Source: Eledone cirrhosa
Lineage: Eukaryota
Assembly (NCBI GenBank): GCA_964016885.1
Contig: OZ024752.1
Location: 36,456,001-36,520,000, forward strand
Direction of reading: 5' to 3'
DNA length: 64,000 nt
This document shows, piece by piece, positions 1 through 12,572 of the stretch (positions are counted from its first letter, which is position 1; the number at the start of each line of letters is the position of its first letter). Position numbers and translations under genes: made by a program. The notes under the pieces are model-generated. The model was not told where the DNA came from, ran no database searches, and saw only the letters and a list, made by a program, of their open reading frames with translations.

Positions 1-2780
1 ATCGCTTTTGAAATTCAAATTTGATTTGGTTTCTGCAGGGGGAAAAAAAACAAAAAAAAAAACAAACTAAGAAATTCTTCAGTCAGGACCTTATTCTCAC
101 TTTAATATTTTTATTCCTCTGTTCTTCCATTCGCTACTTAAAAAAAAAAAATTAAATGGTAGGCTGCATTACTAGAAGTTAGTCTGTTATAGAGACCTTG
201 TATTGTTATATTGACTGTATACTCGAATATAAGCTGATCCCTCTATTTTATGGCATGTTACAAATGAAATTTACCCAAGATAACAACTACAATTACTCAG
301 ACGATTACGATTTTCAGGACCTTGCTGGAGAAGTAAGCAGGAAGTTATACACAAGCTACTATTGTGGGAACCAACTCATGGGTGAAGCAGTACCTGCTTG
401 AACATTCATTGATCAACTCTCAGGTGATACAACCTCAGTAGGGAGCAGTTGGTAGGAGCAATGGAAAATTGTGAAGAGACTTTGTCAGGAATGTTTGGTT
501 GTGGTTGCAATGATGATGAAAATATACAAACCGCCTCTAAATCAAACAGAACAGTCAACATACTCTTACAACATTACATGTATGTAAGGTTCTAAGAGAA
601 ATTCAACCAGTCCTGTGTGTACAATTTTACACATAGCAGGGTGCTCAAAGTCAACAAAAACTATGGAAGAGGAAGACCTAGGAAACCTTGAGATGAAGTG
701 ATAAAAGCTGACCTTGCACATTTAAACCTTTCAGAGATAGCACAGGATTGAGGTCTCTGGTGTTATGCTGTACTGCAGAAGACCCACCACCTCCCCATGT
801 ACACAGGATGAAACAAATGTAGAGGACACTAGTCTGCACCAATCTTCTCACTCCCCCCGCTTATCAGCTACATATTTCATTTGCTTCCCCATTATGCTGC
901 TGCTTTGACAAAAAAACTAAGTCCACTCTAAGGTGGTTGTTGTTTTGGTGCCACAATAAAAAGGACCCACTTCATACTGCAACATAGGAAGGGCATCCAA
1001 CTATAGAAACGAAGCCAAAATACAGATTTGTATGAGCAAGACATGGTTACCAGACCAGACTAGTCTCATAATATGACAACCCATCAAACCCATGCAAGTG
1101 AGGGAAAGTGGATGTTAAACGATGAGGATGATGGTGCTGATGATAAAATTGTACTTAAATCTAACAATGGTGCATAAAAATAAAAGCAATTAAAAGAAAC
1201 TGCTTTATAAAGTGCAAGAAGTGTCAATATTTTATTTAAAACCTTACCGTGCATGCTTTAACTCAGTTTCCAAAGTAGCTTTCTGTTGATTAGTTTTACG
1301 GAGTTCCTCTCGTAATTTTACTATTTCTTTCTCAGCAGCAAACCATTTTGTAAAAGCTTTTTCAACATTACTAACAAAAGTTTGGAATTCTAAGTTAAAA
1401 TACAGAGGTAAAAAAAAAAAAAGATTTTTTTTAACATGCCAAGTAAAAAACGGTTTTAATATTTTGAAAGAAATAACTGGGTTGTTACAAAACAATGTGG
1501 GAATTAATATTCATCTCTGCTATATTAATCTCTAATCGTCCTATGGACGTGTTGGTATAAATGTTATTTAATAGATTCTGAAGAGCACAGCAATAATGGT
1601 AAAGTGGTTATGTATCATGACAAAAAACACCCAGCCTACACTGTATCTCCTGCTGGTTGGTTTTGCCCATAAAACCTACCTAGTGATTCTTTCCTGAGAT
1701 ATTCTAACCACATGTCTATAATATCTGAGCTGTGATCTTACAAATCAGAGAAGTAGCTGCTCTACTTGGAGTGACTACAAGCTACGCACTGATTGAGTAA
1801 AGTTACTCCAAAGACCCTTCGGAGGAACCCCCATTTCGGCTGCTTGTATTCTTTGAGTTATTACCCAAGATTCATGACTATAGGTAAGGGTTTGCACAAA
1901 TACCGAATTGAAGCTGATGCTAAAGTGAGCACTTCTAGAATAAAGGTTATAGTGTATCCAAGAGTTAATAAAATACTTTTATTTGAAAATCTGTACAACC
2001 CTTTTGTGACCTATTTTTTTTATTTTTTACTATGTCACATGTGAGGTAAGGATCACAGAATGTGTTTTATCTAAGACTCACCAGTTGATTCTTTGGTACC
2101 AAATATCAAAGACTTTTAACAGACTAAATAATTATTTTCACAGCCCTTTCTAAATCAAGTTCCACTGCACTCAGTACGCAAATAAATTCTGGGATCTTTT
2201 CGATCGATGCTCTAAAACAGAAATAGTTGTGTCGGCGACATGACAAAAAGTGTTCAGTCCACGCTGTAAAGTGGTCATGTAGGTGTCATGACAAAAAGCA
2301 CCCAGCTCTAGAAACCAAGTCCAAACCAGCCCCGTGTGAGTGAAATATGCTCCTCCGACCTGATCTCTCCCAAAGGGACAGCTCGTCCTACCCAAGCTAA
2401 CGTGGAAAATGGAAGTTAAGCGATGATGATTATTTGTTTTACATTATTACTGTTATGTTTTAGATGTAGCAAAGCAGACTTTAGAAAATAAGATTCAGAA
2501 AAAATTAATTTTAACTGAACTTGAAAAAGTGAGGAAATGAAAAATTAAGTATTTAACCAAACATATGATAAAATGTAAGTGAAGCTACGAGGAGTTTCGG
2601 TTAATTTAGATAATATAGATTATTATATTAGTATTGTAAATACTATAAGAAGTTAGTTTTAAACAATTGAGAAAGTAAATAATTCTTTTAAATGTACATA
2701 CCAGCTTCATTTCCATTATATAGCGTAAATTGGTTGGATACTAAAGCATCAAAATGGGCTAGAAGTGAGGAAGACTTCAT
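1..2780 (-). CDS. RACGAP1: Rac GTPase-activating protein 1 (MgcRacGAP/CYK-4/Tumbleweed), 5' part; gene runs off the left edge
   Basis: Three exons with canonical AG/GT sites and consistent phases. 2780-2702 encodes MKSSSLLAHFDALVSNQFTLYNGNEA plus G (79 nt). 1389-1248 encodes EFQTFVSNVEKAFTKWFAAEKEIVKLREELRKTNQQKATLETELKHAR (142 nt). 32-1 encodes RNQIKFEFQKR. The spliced peptide matches the RacGAP1 N-terminal coiled coil as I recall it (human ...LSEGNEVQF...KW...LDVKLKHARNQVDVEIKRR). Confidence 0.85.
295..480 (+). mobile_element. Degenerate RTE-like LINE C-terminal fragment; second copy at about 40165-40460
   Basis: Translates as RLRFSGPCWRSKQEVIHKLLLWEPTHG...TFIDQL, typical of the RTE-clade ORF C-terminus. 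Homologous sequence occurs near 40.2-40.45 kb. Confidence 0.55.
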
Positions 2781-2914
2781 CTGGAAGAGTGATTCAAAAG
2801 GTCTTTTGTCATAATATTGAATAAGGATGGACGTTAAATGATGATGATGACAATTAGTATTAAAAAAAAAAAAAGCAGGTTAATTTTTTTCTTCTTATCA
2901 ATTGATGACCAAAA

Positions 2915-3325
2915 GGATATGATCACGAATACAAGCAGCCGAAATGTGATTCCTACAAAGGGTTCTTAGAGTAATGTTGCTTGATAGAGTGCGTAGCTTG
3001 GAGATCAGAAAGTTGCTCCATCTAGAGCCACTACTTCTCCGAATTGAGAGATCACAGTTCCGATGTTACAGACATGCGGTTAGAATGTCTCAGAAAAGAA
3101 TTGCTGGACACAATTTACGGGCAAAACGAACCAGCAGGAGACACTGGGGGGGGGGGGGGGGAATAGACCCTGAGCAAGATGGTTGGATAACATCCATGGG
3201 TCTCACTTGCAGATCCGCCAGATCAATTGAGAGACGGTTGCTTCTGACAGGACCGGCCCGGCTGGAAGGAGTGTTTGAGGACCCTGCTCCTACGACCCTT
3301 CCAGGATTAATTGGATGAAGACGAA
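2915..3325 (+). mobile_element. RTE-clade LINE 3' fragment; same family at about 1690-1920(-), 29590-29900(-), 43670-43890(+), 45125-45395(-), 56608-56843(+)
   Basis: Peptide ...RVRSLEIRKLLHLEPLLLRIERSQFRCYRHAVRMSQKRIA... Copy at 56609: QLRYYGHVVRMSQERIAGQILRAKPTSKRLRGRPRARWLDNI. These are typical RTE ORF C-termini and are frameshifted or degenerate. Confidence 0.75.
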
Positions 3326-4221
3326 GAAGGTTCCCAACCTTTTGTGTACCATGCCCCATCTCAACACCTCAAAAATTGTCATGCTCTCCTTCCCCTGATA
3401 TGAAAACAGCGATGATCAACTTCAGAGTGTAAACAAATTGGTGTAGTATGGGTGGTGCCAAATGCAAAATAATGTGTGGAAGTGAGACAAGAGTTTCCGA
3501 CAGTAATGTGTACCAAAGTTACCTCAGTGTAAAAGTAACAAGGTAAAATCTCAAACATACATGTGAGAGGCAATTCTAATTCCCCACCACCACCACCACC
3601 ACTACATTAAGTGCATCTCTTCTGCCACAGCTACATGAAAACAATTCTCAATATTACATTATAAAGTACCAGTAATGTACTGGGTATTTGCTGGCCTTGT
3701 GCCAAGAATTATATTAATTCTTATGTAAAGTAATCGTCACACAATTCAGTTAAGTCGGAGGTTCTCAAACTTTTGGGGCCACCTCACGGCCATGTAATAC
3801 CCTCAGCGCCCCCAAACCCTATTTCCAGAAACCTGCATACCCGCAAATTGTAAATAATATATATACTATGTATAAATAAATATATATATTTTATTTTACT
3901 ATATCTATATATATGTAGCAATTTGATATTTAATATACTATTATATCATCTCTACTGCCCCCCCCCCACCCCTCACGGGTCCTTAGATCCCAGTATCCCA
4001 CCCACCTCGGACCTTCTCGACACCCCCCCCCCGGCTCCCAGGGGGCGAGAGCACCAACTTTGAGTTAAATATTCGATAATTGGGAAAGTTATTGCCCGAC
4101 GGCTGAGCTCACACACGTGTGTGTTTTATATAGTTATATGGTCTTTTTAATATTTTCTGTAATTTTATTGCTGTTTTTCACGCTCAGTGTAACCTGTATG
4201 AATGTGTGTGTGTATATATAT

Positions 4222-4711
<490 letters not shown>

Positions 4712-4921
4712 CACCCAATAAAGTATAATGTGCTATACTAACTCCTACCATCTGCTAACTTGAGCAGTTGGTTTTAAAAAAAATGACATTCCACGGTTTT
4801 AACGAGGTATTTCAAATACTGTATAATGTACTTTATTGTATCCCCAGCATCCGTTGATACAGACCATCCGTTAAAAACAGCCCCAATAACATTAATTTAA
4901 TGAGGATTCCCTTTATTTACT

Positions 4922-5111
4922 TGTGGGTGTGTGTGTGTGTGTGCATGAGAGAGAGAATGTGTGTGTGTGCATGTGCGAGACAGAGTGTGTGTGTGTGCGC
5001 GAGACAGGGGGAAAGAGAGAGGAAGTGTGTGTGCATGAGAGAGAGAGTGTGTGTGTATGAGAGAGGAAGTGTGTGTGCATGAGAGAGAGAGTGTGTGTGT
5101 ATGAGAGAGGG

Positions 5112-5154
<43 letters not shown>

Positions 5155-5344
5155 ATGAGAGGGAGAGTGTGTGTGTGTGTGTGTGTGCATGAGAGAGGGA
5201 GAGAGTGTGTGTGTGTGTGTGTGTGTGCATGAGAGAGTGTGTGTATGAGAGAGAGAGAGAGAGAGAGAGAGTGTGTGTGTGTATGAGAGAGCGAGAGAGT
5301 GTGTGTGGTGTGTGATGTGTGTGTGTGTGTGATGTGTGTGTGTC
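4922..5344. repeat. Compound (GT)n/(GA)n microsatellite with higher-order 'gcatgagagag' units
   Basis: Directly visible. It produces the THTH/SLSL pseudo-ORFs. Confidence 0.9.
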
Positions 5345-6880
5345 AAATGTTATTTATACTTTAAAAAATGTCTGAAATGCAACGAAGTCAAGAAAGAGTA
5401 TATTTATTGCCATAAAAAGTAGAGGCGCCTTTTCTGGAATTAATTAAAAACAAGTGGCGAGACAAAGACAAACAAAATAGATAAAAAAACTCCATTTGCA
5501 TATCCTACTTCCCTTGTGTAAATCATAAATTATTTATCTATAAAATTAGCAATCGTGGCACAGAATTAATACATGTTAAATTTTAAATCAATTCAACACG
5601 TTTCTTTTAAAAAATTCCATATCCACAATTTAAAGAAAGAAGTGTCAAGTTTAAATCCCAAATGTCATCTGAGAAAAACTTTTTTTTTTTAAATATAACT
5701 ACCGCCAACTACACAACGGTTGCAGATAATGTGTTTGTTTGTTTGCAAAGTTTAAAAATACCGCATCATGATGAATTATATTAACGAATATTTATTTATA
5801 ATATAATATAATATAATATAATATATAATATAATATAATATATATACATCGCTGGGAATAATGCAGTTAGTTTTGTTACGTAAAGTTGAGAAGAAAAAAA
5901 TGGCTATAAAACAAATCACAGAATTAACAGGTAGCAGGTAACTGCAATGAATAGATATATAATTTCCTTACTATATATACAGGCCAGTAATTTTTTAGGG
6001 AAGAGAGGAAAGTTGATTATATTCAACCCAGTACGTTACTGGTATTTTATTTTATCGACTCCAGAAAGATGAAAGGCGAAGTTGACTTCGGTTTTATTTG
6101 AACTCAGAACGTAAAAAAACTAGAACAAATACCGCAAGGCATGAAGGTTCGCCAGGAATAAATAATGCAGTTATTTTTAATAAAAAAAAAAAAAAAAAAA
6201 CTTTAAAATCACTTAAAACCACAATAGACACAATCAGGAAATAGAATTAACAGGTTGCAGCAACAAATGAATAACTCTAACGGCTTCTAATCGGAAAGAC
6301 GGTGGCCGGCTTAAGGAAGGAACCCCCTGGGGTGGAGGTGGCTGAGGTAGTGAGTGTCTATGGTTATTCTCTGTGATAAGGCTTTTGCCGTTTTGTCCAC
6401 AGGGCACGACTGAGATGTAGTGCTCTCTGTCCCTTTCTTTTGTTGCTTCATCCTTTTTTTCTCCCCTCTTATCATTTCCCTATTTTTGATCCCTTTAATG
6501 GTGTGTATTGTTTTCATTAAATACAGTTCAATTATCTTTATGTAATTATATCATAGAAATAAATATTCGCCTTCTAATTTAAACATAAGGCCAGCAATTT
6601 TGAGCGAAAGGGGTAAAGTCCAATTATATCAGCTCCCCTACTTTATTTTACCAAACCCGGAAAATGAAAAGAAAAGAAAAGCTGACCTCAGCGTGATTTG
6701 AATTCAGAACAAAGACCCCGAACAGATAAATACTGCAGGGCCTTTAAAATAAACCGATAGAAAATAAAACTATTTTGTATTCTGAGTTCTAGAAATTTTC
6801 TAAACATCTTAACCTAATAAAGTACATTTTCTTCACATGTGTATAACTCATATATATATAGTATATATATAGTATATATA

Positions 6881-6914
<34 letters not shown>

Positions 6915-7546
6915 TTGTAGTTGTCCCAAATTGAAGGATGAGTATTTTAAACTTTATTTTATCATGAGTTAAGGCTCTATTGATTTTTCCCTGGATTTCA
7001 CTAAATTCTGTTGGATAAATCTATATCCTGATTCTTTGTGAATTGAGTATGAATTATTTTTCCCACATCTTAAGTTAACTATTTTCCCATTTTGACGCTA
7101 TAGTCACATATATATTATGGAATACTGTTGGCTTCTTGCTACAATACTTTCTATATATAGTATATATATATATATATATATAGTATATACATATATATAT
7201 TTAGTAATACTGATAGCACAAGGAATATTACAAAAATATATTTAAATTTTTATTTCTAACTTACACAAAAACTAAATATTGAAAAACTAAGGTTAGGAGC
7301 AACAATATTAAGTATTTTAAGATACTGTAGTTTATACGAAATATTTCATATGAAGATAATAAAATAATTTCTAAGAAAATACAATAGTGTGTCATGTTGT
7401 GTTATTAAACCGTTAAAAATCAGAGTGGGGCGCTAGAAAATTTACAGTATATATTAGACTGTTATAAATATATCAAACTTTTAAATATAAAATATATTAA
7501 GAATATTTATATAGACTTTAGCAAATAAATTGCAATTACAACTCAC

Positions 7547-7670
7547 ATTGTTTTCCTTCGTTTTCTTAAATATAAACGAATCACTTCAAACAATAATCAC
7601 TCGACATTTGTAAATCCCGCATTTAAAACAAAGTGACGTCATCTAGCTCAGTCCCGCCACCGCCACCTGT
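7547..7670 (-). promoter_or_regulatory. Candidate RACGAP1 promoter and non-coding first exon
   Basis: Minus-strand donor GTGAGT at 7546-7541. Locally CpG-rich, with CHR-like TTTGAA (7590-7585) and TTTAAA (7622-7627), CRE TGACGTCA (7634-7641) and E2F-like TGGCGGGA (7659-7652). The RACGAP1 ATG at 2780 directly follows an acceptor, so an upstream 5'UTR exon is required. Confidence 0.5.
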
Positions 7671-8197
7671 CGGTCGCATCACAATGCTATCACACATAAC
7701 TCACTTGCTTTATTCACTAGAGAGTCAAAGCTTTATTAACAATTAGATGGGGAAAATTATTCCAACACTTTGGATTATCACTCGCGGCAATGCTGCGAGT
7801 TGGCTTTCCTAAAAATAATTAGAGGGAGTTTCCAGCACCCATTGTTGTGATGTGTGATCAGGTGTGCGAGTCTCCCCACTCACCGACTTTTTTTTTTTTG
7901 TACTGTATATATCTGCAAAGGCGTCAAATTGACAGAGTCGTTACAACGTTCGGTATTCGTTCCGGCTCCCTGCTCAAATCCCGATATCGACTTCGCCGTT
8001 CATCCATTCGAAGTCTATAAAAAAAAGTAACCGCCTAATACAAAGTTGAATTCTTCCTCTATATTTCTTTCTCACTTCCATACTTTCACTTTCTCTATCC
8101 TTCTCTGGAAGAAATCTGCTGTATTCAGCAGGGGCGGTGGAACTGGAAGGATCGCCAGTGTAGGTCTTAAGTAGTCAACTGTCGTCTGTTGAGTAGT

Positions 8198-8775
8198 CAT
8201 CGTCCGGCGGCCTCAGCCGAAATCGACTCAACAATTGATCTCCACGTAGGTCTGTCATTCATTGCCGCTGCCAAATCCTAGATTTCAAAACCAGAATCTC
8301 TGGAGATTACATCGGGTTAGGATTGCTTGCGCCCCCTGCTATTAGTGACTGCTTGTGGGTTCCAAAACACAAATGGGGACACAGACTCATAGTTGACACG
8401 ATGGCAATGGCCAGCAAATCTTACTCTCTTTTTACGTACAACGACAGATATGCGTGGGAGGCCAGCCTATATTTCTTTCAAAGTCAGATGTCGCCAGCTT
8501 ATGTTCTGAATGCGTTAAAGCAAGCGAGTGTAGGTGCCATCACAGCACTTTTATTGTTTGGATGAAAGCGTCCATGTTTCACTTTCATATAGCAAGATTG
8601 GTTGAATTGTTACTTGGAAGAGTCTGATTTTGGTGTGGTTGGAAAGATTTGAGCGCCAAACGACAATGCTTGGGTCTATCTGGTGGCAAAATCCTTCTCA
8701 GAGTCTATGATCCAGGACCCAAGATACTTGAAATCCTCGACTTGCTTGATATCACTGCCGTTGATTACTTTGATG
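8198..8775 (-). mobile_element. 5'-truncated RTE-like LINE (RT C-terminal part)
   Basis: Minus strand reads IKQVEDFKYLGSWIIDSEKDF...WRSNLSNHTKIRLFQVTIQPILLYESETWTL. It interrupts a locally duplicated block and has degenerate TSD-like flanks tgttgagtagt / tgttaagtggt. Confidence 0.75.
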
Positions 8776-9052
8776 TTGTTAAGTGGTACTGAACCAGATT
8801 AAACTCCTTAAAACAAATAATAACATACATCAGCAGCAATTTAGTGAATTTTTCCCACATCCGATATTAACCCAAATAAACTACTGAAATAAAATGTTTT
8901 ATAAAACTATCACAGAATTATAATTATTTTTACCTACATAAAATTACTTGATGTTGCCCAAAATGAGAAAAAATAAAGGTACTTCCACAATTACCCTTTT
9001 ATGACGAGTCACTCGATTGTACACCAGAGGTTGGCAATAGCATTGCACACAC

Positions 9053-9110
<58 letters not shown>

Positions 9111-9188
9111 ATAATAATAAATGTGAAGACTAAAATCAAAAGAGGGCTCGATAAGGATAAATATATATCAAATATATAAGAACCATAG

Positions 9189-9231
<43 letters not shown>

Positions 9232-9287
9232 ACTGTTTCTACTTTAGGCACAATAACAAATGGAAACTATATTTATAAAACCATATT

Positions 9288-9352
9288 TATTTCATTATAC
9301 ATATTTCAAGGACACCAAGTTAAATTATGGTGTGCTTTCATCAGATAAAATA
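9288..9352 (-). ncRNA. Minimal type-I hammerhead ribozyme (mirror copy on the left arm)
   Basis: Reverse complement of 9643-9707. Confidence 0.75.
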
Positions 9353-9642
9353 TAATATAGATAAGTTTTATAAATAAATATTGACATACCCTTAAAGAAT
9401 GCGACCATTTCTGTTGGAAGCTCCCGCGAGCTTCCAACAGAAATGGTCGCATTCTTTAAGGGTATGTCAATATTTATTTATAAAACTTATCTATATTATG
9501 AGTTTCCAACAGAAATGGTCGCATTCTTTAAGGGTATGTCAATATTTATTTATAAAACTTATCTATATTATGAGTTTCCAACAGAAATGGTCGCATTCTT
9601 TAAGGGTATGTCAATATTTATTTATAAAACTGATCTATATTA

Positions 9643-9707
9643 TATTTTATCTGATGAAAGCACACCATAATTTAACTTGGTGTCCTTGAAATATGTATAA
9701 TGAAATA
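9643..9707 (+). ncRNA. Minimal type-I hammerhead ribozyme
   Basis: Stem I tattttat, core CUGAUGA (9651-9657), stem II aagcacacc/ggtgtcctt, GAAA (9688-9691), mini stem III U-augu-A, UA cleavage site (after 9699), then stem I' atgaaata. Confidence 0.75.
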
Positions 9708-9896
9708 AATATGGTTTTATAAATATAGTTTCCATCTGTTAATATATCGTATTTTTACTCCAATAATTTGTTGAGTGCTTTATATCGGTTATAAAAATAT
9801 TTGCTTGTTGTATCCCAACAATTTAAATAGAACTTCTACACACATATATATATATATATAATATAAGATCAAAAGATGGTTAAAGGAGTTCCATAT

Positions 9897-9965
9897 ATTT
9901 TATTATGCGCATTTCAAAAACAAACATCATCAAACAATAATATTTGTGTTTTCATCAGATAAAAC
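9897..9965 (-). ncRNA. Minimal type-I hammerhead ribozyme (mirror copy)
   Basis: Reverse complement of 10086-10154. Confidence 0.8.
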
Positions 9966-10085
9966 AGGAGAACATGATATGAAGGCTAAAAAACACTTGT
10001 TGATAGTGCAGTTTTAAATCAACATATGTTGATTTAAAACTGCACTATCAACAAGTGTTTTTTAGCCTTCATATCATGTTCTCCT

Positions 10086-10154
10086 GTTTTATCTGATGAA
10101 AACACAAATATTATTGTTTGATGATGTTTGTTTTTGAAATGCGCATAATAAAAT
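10086..10154 (+). ncRNA. Minimal type-I hammerhead ribozyme
   Basis: Stem I gttttat, CUGAUGA (10093-10099), stem II aaacacaaata/tgtttgttttt, GAAA (10136-10139), self-complementary stem III UGCGCA, UA cleavage (after 10147), then stem I' ataaaat. Confidence 0.8.
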
Positions 10155-10276
10155 ATATGGAACTCCTTTAACCATCTTTTGATCTTATATTATGCATACT
10201 CCAGTCCCACAAACTGTAGAGTGCTTCTTATCCGATATCTGCATTGCTTTATTGTACTACAATAAAACTCACCTCC

Positions 10277-10343
<67 letters not shown>

Positions 10344-10744
10344 GTATGTGTATGTCTTGTGCGTATCTGTACGAATCGAACATATACCTCTGGATGTGTA
10401 ACGAACGAGTAATAGAACGACGAACACCGGATGATTTAAGAGAAAAACGGGGCACTGGAAAACAAATGCGTGTGTGCAGATATTTGGTGCAAATGTAGTC
10501 AAGGGGAGATAATCAAAATAAGTCTAACGTAGTCAACTGTCATCTGTTGAGTGGTTCTGAACCAGTTTGAAACTCCTTAAAACTAATAAAAACATACATT
10601 AGCAGCAATTGAATGAATTAGAAAAGCTGGAGTGTTAATAGAGGATTGTTAGAGACTCGAGGGTTTTAACATTTACCTTTGGGTGGACATATGAACCACT
10701 GCCAGAAGAAAAGATAACGATGTCTCGAGGAGCACTGGAAAACC

Positions 10745-10985
10745 TCTAATAATTTTTTAGGCTAGCCAGCACGCTTGCAGCGTTACCTCGGATGATAGTG
10801 AGGCTGATGCGAACATCCCCAATTACCTCGGTTAGGCGAGCCGCCAGTGATGACAAGAACCTCGCAGTTAGCGGCCCAACTCCCCCAAAACGTCTCGAAC
10901 GCCAGTTTCGTGACAAGTCTTAGTGAAGATACTTGGTTATTCGACGACTTAGCCTCACTATCACCGGCGGCTATCTTTTCAATAT
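10745..10985 (-). mobile_element. CRE-clade (RLE-type) non-LTR retrotransposon C-terminal fragment
   Basis: Minus strand reads LAFET, then after a frameshift GGVGPLTARFLSSLAARLTEVIGDVRISLTIIRGNAASVLAS. This matches the 'ET.G..G...RLS.AIQRGNA..VL' end of CRE restriction-like endonuclease domains. Confidence 0.65.
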
Positions 10986-11412
10986 GTTAGCTTACCTCAA
11001 GTCCCAACTGTCCTATACAAATCATCTTCTTCTATTTACCTTGGACATAATTTAATCCTTATCCAAAGATGCCACGTTTAGTAATGTACATTAGACATAA
11101 GAGATCCTTAGTGAAAGCGAGGCCTAGTTTTTGGAGGGAACTCCAAGGTGCTAATTTCATGTCGTTAGTGTTTAAAGGTGGAGAGATGCTGTGATGTTTT
11201 AGTACCATAGACAAACAAACACACAACCCCTTCCTTCTAGCGTGAATCTGATATGACTTTGTATTTTTGAATCCCTGTGTTTGTTTTGTTTAATCTATCA
11301 ACTATTTTTTCACGCTTACGCGGCCCAGCTAGCATTCGAACCTGGATAATTACCCTAATCACGGATTACCATGGATTAATCAGCCTCCGGATTGCCGGAG
11401 ATTTTGAACTGC

Positions 11413-11462
<50 letters not shown>

Positions 11463-11830
11463 CATATACATATATATACAGAGAGAGAGAGAGAGAGAGA
11501 GATTTATAAATGGAGAATACCTACTTACCTTTGACTATACAAGATGGTGGGAAGCTCAATGTATTGTTATGATGGAATACATCGAAGGTAAGTTCCATGA
11601 GTTAACTTTTATATGTATTTAAAGGCATTTGGGCGTTTAATTTTTTTTAGGAAGATTTGACTGCTATTTCTAGTTTATTGAGCGATCGCATAGGGACTTT
11701 CCCTGTTGAGATGTGCTAGAAATACCAGCTAAATCTTCCTTTAAAAATTGTTGGGTTAATCAAGGGTAGGCCGTCTTTCGCTCGAAGTCTGCTTCCGCAG
11801 AACTAATCCCTGGTTAAAAAACAAACCCTA

Positions 11831-11916
<86 letters not shown>

Positions 11917-12572
11917 TGTATGTATGTGTGTGTTTACGCGCGTGTGTATGTATGTGGGTGCTCCCAGTACAATCGAGTGTGACCCTTCATAAAGCAGGTA
12001 AATTTGAGGAGTGTATATATTCGTCACTGGATACCATCAAGTAATTTTATATAGGTAAAAATAATTATAATTCTGTTGTAGTTTTATAAAATATTTTATT
12101 TCAGAAGTTTATTCTGTCAATCTCGGATGTTGGAAGAGACAAGAGTCACTGACAGTGGTATGTTTTATGGGGTTTCTACCTCTAACACAAGGGTAAATGG
12201 TAAAATCATCGAGTCTTCAAAAATCGACTATTAACACTCCAGCTTTTCTAATTAATATTATTGCTGCAAAAGTATGTTAATATCAGTTTCAAGGAGCTTT
12301 AAACTGGTTCAGTACCACTCAACAGACGACAGTTCACGACATACGACTTATTTTGATTATCTCCCCTTGACTACATTTCAACCAAATATCTGCACACACG
12401 CATTTATCTTCTTGTGCCCAGTTTTTCTCACAAATCATCCGGTGTTCGTCGTTCAGTTCCTCGTACGTTATAAATCTGGTGAAGCATGTTCGATTCGTGT
12501 ACATACGTATATATTGTGCATAGTCGTGTACCCGCATATATGTATATTTTTATATTTATTTATATGTACATG

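Larger units (their letters stand above)
9254..9741. repeat. Long palindrome 1 (Penelope-like inverted pLTR) with a 72-bp unit triplicated in the right arm
   Basis: 9254-9423 is the near-perfect reverse complement of the right arm. Loop ccgc at 9424-9427. The 72-bp units start at 9428, 9500 and 9572. Confidence 0.9.
9858..10193. repeat. Long palindrome 2 (336 bp, no spacer, perfect by eye)
   Basis: Axis between 10025 and 10026 (caacat|atgttg). The arms are reverse complements out to 9858 and 10193. Abuts (TA)n on the left. Confidence 0.93.

Noticed and set aside
1244-1495. 83-aa ORF as a stand-alone gene
   Set aside because: Only 1389-1248 is exon (RACGAP1); the N-terminal part is intron read-through.
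9399-9689. ORFs with a triplicated 24-aa unit
   Set aside because: By-product of the 72-bp triplication in a non-coding palindrome.
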